64,000 bases of DNA from Balanoglossus misakiensis (Eukaryota > Animalia > Hemichordata): assembly GCA_040954595.2 (NCBI GenBank), contig CM082595.2, positions 8,662,317-8,726,316 of the forward strand. Reading direction: 5' to 3'. Position numbers and translations under genes: made by a program. This document shows, one piece after another, positions 11,869-21,017 of the stretch (position 1 is its first letter; the number at the start of each line of letters is the position of its first letter). The notes below the pieces were generated by a model. That model made no database searches. It was given only the letters and a program-made list of their open reading frames with translations, and was not told the DNA's origin.

Positions 11869-12956
11869 TTCTGAGTCTTGCCTTCCTCAGTAGAAGCAGT
11901 AGTATTTCCGCTGCTCTGACTGGGTTTCTTAGGACAAACTCGGCTCATATGACCAATAGCATCGCATCTCCAGCATCGTCTTTTACCATCTGCCGACACA
12001 GTAGGCTTTGATGTCTTTCTTTCGGTGTTTCTATTTTGTAACATTGCTGTTAACAGCTCCAACTGCTTTTGCTGGGCTGCAACTTGCTCACCTTGTTTGA
12101 TTATCAAGGCGCGCAAATCTTCTTCTGCTGTTACTTCACAGAGAACGGCACCACGCTTTGTACGTGAACGCTTTTCGTTCCGTCCCATCAAGGCTATGAC
12201 ATGGTCTCTAGCGTCAAAGAAGGACAATTCAGGTTGGTCGGCATTCAAGCGTCTGAGTTCAGTCCGTATGTTGTCATCTAACACTGCCTCAGCCAGTCGA
12301 TTCTTCAGTTGGCATTCCCTACCTGGTTTGAATGACGAATCCAACTGGATAATTCTATCATACAGATTCACCAGCTCTAGGGAACACGCTACCAAATCTT
12401 CACCATCCTTTTGGTGGTAAGCAAAAAAACGCTGTTGTAGTTGTGGCAGCGTATCACCATCACCAAATACTTTCGTCAGTATGGAGAATATCTTGCCGGG
12501 ATCTGAGCTTATGGTACTACCTCTACCCAATATTTCTCGTCGTGCTTTGCCAGATAAGTTTTCAATCAAGAAAGCCGCTTGTTCATGACTGGTGAGACCT
12601 CTTGATGCAATTACGGCCTTTGCATCTTCGATCCAGTCCTCTATGGACAGTCCGGATTCTCCTTTTCCGTCAAATCTATCAATCTTTCTGTTCGGTGACA
12701 CATATACCATACGAGCAGGTGTATTTCTATTGGCATAGCCAGCAGATGACTCAAGTGTTGGAAAGGGTTGATCTCTCTCTGAAATCAGTCTCTTAACTTC
12801 CCTCTCCGCCTGTCTTGCATCAGCAACTGCTGTTGCAGCTTCGTTATCTTTACGAGCTACTTCTGTCTTTAAACTTGCTATGGTATCCCGTAGTCGCTTC
12901 ACATCCTGTTCAGTGACCTCGACTTTCTTTACTGCAGGGCTGGCCATTGTGAACAT
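11859..12956 (-). CDS. gag: Gag, 365 aa, copy 1
   Basis: N-terminal coiled-coil-like segment, capsid-like FDG...IEDWIE...L.GKA region, CCHC knuckle CWRCDAIGHMSRVC; lies upstream of pol. Confidence 0.93.
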   Translation of the reverse strand: MFTMASPAVKKVEVTEQDVKRLRDTIASLKTEVARKDNEAATAVADARQAEREVKRLISERDQPFPTLESSAGYANRNTPARMVYVSPNRKIDRFDGKGESGLSIEDWIEDAKAVIASRGLTSHEQAAFLIENLSGKARREILGRGSTISSDPGKIFSILTKVFGDGDTLPQLQQRFFAYHQKDGEDLVACSLELVNLYDRIIQLDSSFKPGRECQLKNRLAEAVLDDNIRTELRRLNADQPELSFFDARDHVIALMGRNEKRSRTKRGAVLCEVTAEEDLRALIIKQGEQVAAQQKQLELLTAMLQNRNTERKTSKPTVSADGKRRCWRCDAIGHMSRVCPKKPSQSSGNTTASTEEGKTQKLN

Positions 12957-13128
12957 ATGACATTTACTTTAAAACAGTTCTGTAAGTCTGCAACACAGCA
13001 ACACTTCTTAACTGGCACTACACAGTTTGAAACAGTTCAGCAACACAGTAAAATATCTTCCCATGCAACAGCACAGCACAGTCACATCTGAATACGGTCA
13101 GGGTCTTCAATGTGGAATGTCGATGAGG

Positions 13129-13148
13129 GAATCCTGCCGACTACGCCA
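13129..13148 (-). promoter_or_regulatory. Primer binding site, tRNA-Ser (copy 1)
   Basis: TGGCGTAGTCGGCAGGATTC 2 nt after the LTR end; complementary to the metazoan tRNA-Ser 3' end ...GAATCCTGCCGACTACG-CCA (recalled, not searched). Confidence 0.88.
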
Positions 13149-13150
13149 TG

Positions 13151-14187
13151 TGTAACGTTGGTATAAAGATGCACACAGACAATATAGCTGGAGTCATCAA
13201 TACCGGTTCTTTTATTCCCTATTCCACATTCATAAGGCAAGGACAAAGAGGAAAACGAAAACCAGGAAGGAAAAGAAAACCTGTGTACAGAAAGTACAGA
13301 AAACATCTGTATAAATAATACAGCCGCATGTCAACACTTTGTTACAATCAACTAGTAATCACATTTTCCGCTGAGAAACCCAAATCACATGTAACTACAG
13401 GCAATACAACAACAAATTCAATATATATTGCTGCATCAGAGAGATGGCGTGCTGAGCAATGGGTAGACTGGATGACTACATCATTACAGTTGCAGTATAA
13501 CAATAAAAGAGATTTGTTGATGCTTTCCAATAATACACGAAACTCACCCTGACAGGATGCAACCTGTGTCTGTGGCTTTGTATAATTCTCTGCACTGTCG
13601 CACTAAAACACCTGTTTAGATAGTAAACGGCAATGTAAGTGTCTCGCAAAACTACAGAGCCTTTCCGCCAGTACATGTAAACATAAAATCAAATTGATGT
13701 GGTTTCGCTAAAATGTATGCTGATGAAACTACCAAAAAATGCCTTTACCAATGGAATAGCTATGACTGGGGGTCATTTTATGAGAAGTATAAGACTCGGT
13801 TTTATGTCAACAATAACACGAAATATCAAAGTTTGCAAAAAATACTGCAGCGACAACGGTCGCAACTGAACAGTAAACACTTGTCTGTGCGTCGACCATC
13901 TGATGTGCACGTACGCTGGCATCAAACGATGTATACTAGAAACTTTCAAAAATTGTATGAAAAAGTATTCAAAAAAACTCCAAATATAACACGGGGACGC
14001 TTACCAAGCAGGGACTCATGCAGATCTACTACACGATGTGGCACAAGCGCTCGATTTTCTGATAAAATGACGAGCAACAATTTCAGTGGGCGCTCAAGAA
14101 TCAGAGCATTCCCATTTTTGTGAAATGCGCATGCGCAAGCCAAATTGCGCCCTCAAACATATGAGTGGTCAAAATCGCAGCCTTACA
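13151..14187 (-). repeat. Shared middle LTR (3' LTR of copy 2, 5' LTR of copy 1)
   Basis: PBS on one side (13129-13148), PPT on the other (14188-14200); no TSD or satellite sequence adjacent. Confidence 0.96.
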
Positions 14188-14200
14188 CACTTCCCTGCTT
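14188..14200 (-). promoter_or_regulatory. Polypurine tract (copy 2)
   Basis: Identical to 7358-7370. Confidence 0.8.
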
Positions 14201-14264
14201 GCTGGTTGATGTCCCAGCAACCATTTTCACAACAAGGTCATCTTCAAAATTTTAAAATACAATC

Positions 14265-17200
14265 TTAACAGTTCTGGGAATTTAACAATTGTGTCATGAA
14301 CAAATGAGACTGGACTAAGTTAGCTAGCATTTGTGGATCAAGTTTGGGTGGTGGGCTGGCACTAGCGTCACCAGAATTTGACTCGCTAATAGCCGACCGT
14401 GGTAAGTGATGCGGGTTAGGATGCAATCCAGCACTCGCCCTCGTTGATCGTCTCAACTGCGCGCACTCGCCATCTGTCAAAGGCTGTTGAGATTCCTCAC
14501 CAGAATGTTCAGGCAAACCTGTCCTGCGGGTCTGTGGCAACTCTTCACGGGACATCACGGTATCATCCCGACATACTGTTCTAGGTTTGTCATCTTCTAA
14601 CTCTGTGGAGATGTGGGTGGGTGCACTCTGCTCCTCTGGTTGACCAAGGATGTGACCCAAACTTTTGCTGTCTATACATAAGTCGTCGTCGGAATCACTA
14701 TCACTGTCCTCTGTCTGTTCGTCCAGTGGCACTGTTTCCTGCTTACAGCTGTCATCCATTTCCATAATCATGTGTCTGGCATCTAGCAGCTCACGCCTAT
14801 GCACAGTCCTCACTGACCTTTCCTTGTCGAAGGGTTGTATGACATAGGTGTGGCCTCCTGTTTCCAGCCTATTAATTACACGGTATGGTTCGGAGTTCCA
14901 CGCATCCTGTATCTTGTTCCTGCCTCTTATGGCTCTGTTCCTACAGAATACAGTTGTGCCCACAGGCAAATCAGTGTCCTCTGCCTTGGCATCATTTCTG
15001 TCACGTCTCCTTTTGGCTTCTCTCTCAGTATTTTGTGATGCTATCTCGAAAGCATCGTTCAGTCTCTTTTGGTGTTCCAAAACCCAATCATCCATCTGGC
15101 TGTCTGCGTCTGTACAAGCCTCCGTACCGAGCAGGTGGTCAATTGGAAGGGTAGGTTCTCTCCCAAAAAAGAGGTAGTGTGGGGAATACCCGGTGGATGA
15201 ATGTGGCGTTATGTTATACGCGTAGACAATCTCCGGTAGGTATTCAGGCCACTTCCGTTTCTTCTCTGGAGGGAGGGTACGCAGCCTATCATGGAGGGTT
15301 CTGTTGTAACGTTCACATTGCCCATTTCCTTCTGGGTGATATGGGGTGGTGTGGCTCTTCCTCACGCCGTAAATCTGACACAACTCTTGTATTACCTTGC
15401 TTTCAAAATTGCGACCCTGGTCGCTATGGATCCGTTGCGGGACGCCAAATCTCACGAACCAGTCTCTAACAAGAGTACGGGCTACGGTAACAGCTCTCTG
15501 ATCCTTCGTTGGGATCGCCTGAGTGAACTTGGTGAATATGTCAGTGAGTACGAGAACATTCTCGGTGCCATTCGAGCTGGGTTCGAGTACGGTGAAGTCC
15601 ATTGCGAGCACTTCCAGTGGTCTCGAAGCTGTTAGGGAGCCCATGGTGGGATGCAACCGCTTCCCTGCTTTGGCCAAAGTACACCGCTGGCAAGAACGAC
15701 AATAGTTGGCAACGTCCGCTATCATACCCGGCCAGTAACACCTACTCCTGACCAAAGCAGTAGTTTTCTCTGCAGCCTGATGCCCAACTTCATCATGAAC
15801 AGCGTTCAAAACCTTCTCCTTCAGAGTACTTGGCAGTATCAGCTGGGTGACCTCTCTCCCTGCATCATGCACGACTCGGTAAAGAATGCCATCCTTCTCC
15901 CGTACCCTCTTCCAATTCCGCAGAAGCTTGCGAGCTTCCTTTGGTTCCTTCATCAGTTGACGATTGGTTGGGGGATGTTTGGAATTCCAGTAGAACCACA
16001 ATCTCCCAACAACATCGTCGGTGGACTGCATCAGTTTAAGGTCACTTTCCTGGATGGAGGGGAAGGTTGAACTCGCCCTCGGTTCTATCTTGCTTGACTT
16101 GGCCCTGACCTCATTGAGCAACACCTCGGCTGTCTTCTGTTCAGCTGCAGTACGGACAGTCTGGGGCACACAAGTGGACAATCTAGCGCTTGCAGTGTTC
16201 TTAGTAACCAAGTCCATGTTAGTTTCTTCCAGTCTAACACATCTTGCCTGATCAGTGTGTATTGTTTTACGACTCAATGCGTCAGCGTTCCCATTACTTC
16301 TGCCAGACCTGTACTTGACGCTGAAGTTAAACTGCGCCAACTCGGCTGCCCATCTCGTCTCGGTCGCTCCTAGTTTGGCAGTGGTCAAGAGGTAACTCAA
16401 CGGGTTATTGTCCGTGAAGACAGTAAATTCAGCACCAATAAGCAAGTCACGATATTTCTGTGTAATAGCCCAACGTAGCGCCAACAGCTCAAGCTTCATG
16501 CTAGAGTAGTTCGACATATTTCGCTCATTAGGTTTCAAACTCCTGCTGGCGTAGCTGAGAACAACTACTCTATCCCCTTGCTTTTGGGATAATACAGCCC
16601 CTAGTCCATGATAGCTAGCGTCTGTCTCCAGGATAAAAGGCAACTTAAAGTCCGGATATCCTAATACAGGTGGCGAGACAAGAGCTTGCTTCAACGTGGA
16701 AAACGACGTCTCACATGACTCATCCCACAAATCAGTGATTGTCCTTTGGAGATTTAGCTTGTTCGCATGTGCTTTCTTTCGCCTTTTCTGACTTCCTGTG
16801 TCTTCTGGTTTCTTCAGTAAATTCTGCAGTGGAGCAGCTATTCTAGCATAACCTGGTACGAACCTTCTATAGTAGCTCGACAGGCCTAGAAAACATCGCA
16901 ACTCGCGTTCTGTCCGGGGTTTCGGCCAGTCTTGTACCGCCTTAACTTTCTCTGGCAGTGGAGCAGTACCATCGGCACTCACAATATGGCCTAGATAGTG
17001 GACTTTCTTGCGGAAGAGCTGGCACTTTTCTGGTTTCACTTTCAAATTCAGTCTGGTTAATCGTGACAGGACCATCTCAAGCCGTTCTAAAGTTTCCTTG
17101 AATGTCGAACCAAACACTAGTATATCATCTAGATATACGAGAAGGGTTTGAAAGTTTTGATCACCGAAAACCTTGTCCATCAGCTTCATAAATGTAGCTG

Positions 17201-18692
17201 GTGCTCCGGACAGTCCAAACGGCATCTTGACAAACTCATAGTGGCCACCCGTGCCAGACAGAAAAGCTGTCTTCTCAATGTCTTTCTTGGCAACTGGTAC
17301 CTGATGAAAGCCATGTGCCAGATCAAGACTACAAAAGTACTTCGCCCCGTTCAGCACATCCAGCGCTTCCTCTATTCTAGGTAGTGGGTATGCGTCTCTA
17401 CGTGTCTTGGCATTCAGGGCCCGATAGTCCACACATAAGCGCAGCTTTCCACATTTCTTGCGTACCAAAACCACAGGGGAGGCATATGGACTGCTTGACT
17501 CTCTTATGATACCTGCATCCAATGATCTCTGGAGGTATTCCCTCACTTCGTCCCATTGGTGCGGTGGTACTCTCCGGTAGGGTATCTTGACCGGAATGTC
17601 ATCAGTAGTGGCTATTTCATGTTCAACCAGATCGCAGGATCCAATGTCATTTTCATGCCTGCTGAAAATTTGACAATACTTGCTCACTACTTCATTTAAG
17701 TCATTCTGTTCTGCTTTGCTAAGCTCACCAATATCCATCTTGGATACGATGTCCTTCACAATGGATGAAGTTGTCTCATCCTCACAAGACAATCTCACTT
17801 GAACTGAGTTCTCATCAATCTGGTGAAATGTCACAGTCGGTTCCAAAGAAGCGGACCTAGCAACGCCGACCGGTGTACGGGGTTGCAAATAAACATCGGC
17901 ATCGCTGAAATTGGCAATGCTCAGGGGAACCCTGCCGTCGCGACCAACAGACACGTATGACGCTCCAAGGGCCAGTCCATTTCGTAGCTCAGCCACATGG
18001 GTTTCATGTCTCTCTATTACGGCATAATGCACTTGTCCTTTAACAGCAGGCCGGACAGAGCCTTCAACAACGTTGATCGATCGAGCCGGGACTAAAATAG
18101 GCTTCCTACCAGCAACGCGAACAAGGTGCACACCAGGGGGTGTTGCAATTGTCTCTTGATTCACTGCCAGTGGCCTATACATTTCAACTGCATGTAAGAG
18201 TTTGATCTCACCATCGCTGGGTGATGATGACATCTTCTCGCGGTAGTCCTCACCGTATTTACAGACTAACCTCTGTCTAATATCTCGCAGTACATTAGAT
18301 CCAATCACGCCCGGAACTCTCCTTTTTCGGGCTTCAACAGGGGTGTTGACGGGATCTCGCACCACTAGGAATCCAAGGCCATCAAACTTAATGTTGAATA
18401 CAGTCACAGAAAGCTCCACATACCCGCTGTAGGGGATTTCCAACCCTTGCGAAGCCGTGATTGTGATGCACGAAGACACATCTACCAATTCCCCTTCCTG
18501 AGTCAAATGCTCCCTGAAGAATCGATCTGTTATAGTTGACACCTCTGCACCAGTATCAATCAAACACGTAGCCTCCACACCACCTAACTTCACCATGGCT
18601 GTTGGACAATCGCCAATTGCCTTGAGTATGATTGAGCCTCCATTAGTCACAGTCTCGCCTACCACATGGCTCGCGGTAGTAGGCTTGGCTAG
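14265..18692 (-). CDS. pol: Pol polyprotein, copy 2
   Basis: Same 1466-aa ORF (14265-18665); differs by ELRGFLG to ELRCFLG (C10065 vs A16895) and a silent change (T7861 vs G14691). Confidence 0.96.
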   Translation of the reverse strand, partial: LAKPTTASHVVGETVTNGGSIILKAIGDCPTAMVKLGGVEATCLIDTGAEVSTITDRFFREHLTQEGELVDVSSCITITASQGLEIPYSGYVELSVTVFNIKFDGLGFLVVRDPVNTPVEARKRRVPGVIGSNVLRDIRQRLVCKYGEDYREKMSSSPSDGEIKLLHAVEMYRPLAVNQETIATPPGVHLVRVAGRKPILVPARSINVVEGSVRPAVKGQVHYAVIERHETHVAELRNGLALGASYVSVGRDGRVPLSIANFSDADVYLQPRTPVGVARSASLEPTVTFHQIDENSVQVRLSCEDETTSSIVKDIVSKMDIGELSKAEQNDLNEVVSKYCQIFSRHENDIGSCDLVEHEIATTDDIPVKIPYRRVPPHQWDEVREYLQRSLDAGIIRESSSPYASPVVLVRKKCGKLRLCVDYRALNAKTRRDAYPLPRIEEALDVLNGAKYFCSLDLAHGFHQVPVAKKDIEKTAFLSGTGGHYEFVKMPFGLSGAPATFMKLMDKVFGDQNFQTLLVYLDDILVFGSTFKETLERLEMVLSRLTRLNLKVKPEKCQLFRKKVHYLGHIVSADGTAPLPEKVKAVQDWPKPRTERELRCFLGLSSYYRRFVPGYARIAAPLQNLLKKPEDTGSQKRRKKAHANKLNLQRTITDLWDESCETSFSTLKQALVSPPVLGYPDFKLPFILETDASYHGLGAVLSQKQGDRVVVLSYASRSLKPNERNMSNYSSMKLELLALRWAITQKYRDLLIGAEFTVFTDNNPLSYLLTTAKLGATETRWAAELAQFNFSVKYRSGRSNGNADALSRKTIHTDQARCVRLEETNMDLVTKNTASARLSTCVPQTVRTAAEQKTAEVLLNEVRAKSSKIEPRASSTFPSIQESDLKLMQSTDDVVGRLWFYWNSKHPPTNRQLMKEPKEARKLLRNWKRVREKDGILYRVVHDAGREVTQLILPSTLKEKVLNAVHDEVGHQAAEKTTALVRSRCYWPGMIADVANYCRSCQRCTLAKAGKRLHPTMGSLTASRPLEVLAMDFTVLEPSSNGTENVLVLTDIFTKFTQAIPTKDQRAVTVARTLVRDWFVRFGVPQRIHSDQGRNFESKVIQELCQIYGVRKSHTTPYHPEGNGQCERYNRTLHDRLRTLPPEKKRKWPEYLPEIVYAYNITPHSSTGYSPHYLFFGREPTLPIDHLLGTEACTDADSQMDDWVLEHQKRLNDAFEIASQNTEREAKRRRDRNDAKAEDTDLPVGTTVFCRNRAIRGRNKIQDAWNSEPYRVINRLETGGHTYVIQPFDKERSVRTVHRRELLDARHMIMEMDDSCKQETVPLDEQTEDSDSDSDDDLCIDSKSLGHILGQPEEQSAPTHISTELEDDKPRTVCRDDTVMSREELPQTRRTGLPEHSGEESQQPLTDGECAQLRRSTRASAGLHPNPHHLPRSAISESNSGDASASPPPKLDPQMLANLVQSHLFMTQLLNSQNC

Positions 18693-19786
18693 TTTAACTT
18701 CTGAGTCTTGCCTTCCTCAGTAGAAGCAGTAGTATTTCCGCTGCTCTGACTGGGTTTCTTAGGACAAACTCGGCTCATATGACCAATAGCATCGCATCTC
18801 CAGCATCGTCTTTTACCATCTGCCGACACAGTAGGCTTTGATGTCTTTCTTTCGGTGTTTCTATTTTGTAACATTGCTGTTAACAGCTCCAACTGCTTTT
18901 GCTGGGCTGCAACTTGCTCACCTTGTTTGATTATCAAGGCGCGCAAATCTTCTTCTGCTGTTACTTCACAGAGAACGGCACCACGCTTTGTACGTGAACG
19001 CTTTTCGTTCCGTCCCATCAAGGCTATGACATGGTCTCTAGCGTCAAAGAAGGACAATTCAGGTTGGTCGGCATTCAAGCGTCTGAGTTCAGTCCGTATG
19101 TTGTCATCTAACACTGCCTCAGCCAGTCGATTCTTCAGTTGGCATTCCCTACCTGGTTTGAATGACGAATCCAACTGGATAATTCTATCATACAGATTCA
19201 CCAGCTCTAGGGAACACGCTACCAAATCTTCACCATCCTTTTGGTGGTAAGCAAAAAAACGCTGTTGTAGTTGTGGCAGCGTATCACCATCACCAAATAC
19301 TTTCGTCAGTATGGAGAATATCTTGCCGGGATCTGAGCTTATGGTACTACCTCTACCCAATATTTCTCGTCGTGCTTTGCCAGATAAGTTTTCAATCAAG
19401 AAAGCCGCTTGTTCATGACTGGTGAGACCTCTTGATGCAATTACGGCCTTTGCATCTTCGATCCAGTCCTCTATGGACAGTCCGGATTCTCCTTTTCCGT
19501 CAAATCTATCAATCTTTCTGTTCGGTGACACATATACCATACGAGCAGGTGTATTTCTATTGGCATAGCCAGCAGATGACTCAAGTGTTGGAAAGGGTTG
19601 ATCTCTCTCTGAAATCAGTCTCTTAACTTCCCTCTCCGCCTGTCTTGCATCAGCAACTGCTGTTGCAGCTTCGTTATCTTTACGAGCTACTTCTGTCTTT
19701 AAACTTGCTATGGTATCCCGTAGTCGCTTCACATCCTGTTCAGTGACCTCGACTTTCTTTACTGCAGGGCTGGCCATTGTGAACAT
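18689..19786 (-). CDS. gag: Gag, 365 aa, copy 2
   Basis: Translation identical to 11859-12956. Confidence 0.93.
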   Translation of the reverse strand: MFTMASPAVKKVEVTEQDVKRLRDTIASLKTEVARKDNEAATAVADARQAEREVKRLISERDQPFPTLESSAGYANRNTPARMVYVSPNRKIDRFDGKGESGLSIEDWIEDAKAVIASRGLTSHEQAAFLIENLSGKARREILGRGSTISSDPGKIFSILTKVFGDGDTLPQLQQRFFAYHQKDGEDLVACSLELVNLYDRIIQLDSSFKPGRECQLKNRLAEAVLDDNIRTELRRLNADQPELSFFDARDHVIALMGRNEKRSRTKRGAVLCEVTAEEDLRALIIKQGEQVAAQQKQLELLTAMLQNRNTERKTSKPTVSADGKRRCWRCDAIGHMSRVCPKKPSQSSGNTTASTEEGKTQKLN

Positions 19787-19958
19787 ATGACATTTACTTT
19801 AAAACAGTTCTGTAAGTCTGCAACACAGCAACACTTCTTAACTGGCACTACACAGTTTGAAACAGTTCAGCAACACAGTAAAATATCTTCCCATGCAACA
19901 GCACAGCACAGTCACATCTGAATACGGTCAGGGTCTTCAATGTGGAATGTCGATGAGG

Positions 19959-19978
19959 GAATCCTGCCGACTACGCCA
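19959..19978 (-). promoter_or_regulatory. Primer binding site, tRNA-Ser (copy 2)
   Basis: Identical to 13129-13148. Confidence 0.88.
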
Positions 19979-19980
19979 TG

Positions 19981-21017
19981 TGTAACGTTGGTATAAAGAT
20001 GCACACAGACAATATAGCTGGAGTCATCAATACCGGTTCTTTTATTCCCTATTCCACATTCATAAGGCAAGGACAAAGAGGAAAACGAAAACCAGGAAGG
20101 AAAAGAAAACCTGTGTACAGAAAGTACAGAAAACATCTGTATAAATAATACAGCCGCATGTCAACACTTTGTTACAATCAACTAGTAATCACATTTTCCG
20201 CTGAGAAACCCAAATCACATGTAACTACAGGCAATACAACAACAAATTCAATATATATTGCTGCATCAGAGAGATGGCGTGCTGAGCAATGGGTAGACTG
20301 GATGACTACATCATTACAGTTGCAGTATAACAATAAAAGAGATTTGTTGATGCTTTCCAATAATACACGAAACTCACCCTGACAGGATGCAACCTGTGTC
20401 TGTGGCTTTGTATAATTCTCTGCACTGTCGCACTAAAACACCTGTTTAGATAGTAAACGGCAATGTAAGTGTCTCGCAAAACTACAGAGCCTTTCCGCCA
20501 GTACATGTAAACATAAAATCAAATTGATGTGGTTTCGCTAAAATGTATGCTGATGAAACTACCAAAAAATGCCTTTACCAATGGAATAGCTATGACTGGG
20601 GGTCATTTTATGAGAAGTATAAGACTCGGTTTTATGTCAACAATAACACGAAATATCAAAGTTTGCAAAAAATACTGCAGCGACAACGGTCGCAACTGAA
20701 CAGTAAACACTTGTCTGTGCGTCGACCATCTGATGTGCACGTACGCTGGCATCAAACGATGTATACTAGAAACTTTCAAAAATTGTATGAAAAAGTATTC
20801 AAAAAAACTCCAAATATAACACGGGGACGCTTACCAAGCAGGGACTCATGCAGATCTACTACACGATGTGGCACAAGCGCTCGATTTTCTGATAAAATGA
20901 CGAGCAACAATTTCAGTGGGCGCTCAAGAATCAGAGCATTCCCATTTTTGTGAAATGCGCATGCGCAAGCCAAATTGCGCCCTCAAACATATGAGTGGTC
21001 AAAATCGCAGCCTTACA
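19981..21017 (-). repeat. 5' LTR (1037 bp)
   Basis: Ends CCTTACA followed by TSD TGCA and resumed satellite. Confidence 0.96.

Larger units (their letters stand above)
6321..21017 (-). mobile_element. Tandem (2 internal domains, 3 LTRs) Ty3/Gypsy LTR retrotransposon, 6830-bp period
   Basis: Three 1037-bp LTRs (TGTAA...TTACA), two gag-pol blocks offset by exactly 6830 bp, PR-RT-RH-IN order, 4-bp TSD TGCA at 6317-6320 and 21018-21021 interrupting satellite ATTAAATGCATATGGGG. Confidence 0.97.

Noticed and set aside
13129-13148. tRNA-Ser gene fragment
   Set aside because: Only the 3' 20 nt including CCA, adjacent to the LTR: a primer binding site, not a tRNA gene.
7835-19626. Plus-strand ORFs antisense to gag/pol, and an env gene
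   Set aside because: Shadow ORFs of a long coding strand; only about 65 bp lie between the pol stop and the PPT, leaving no room for env.
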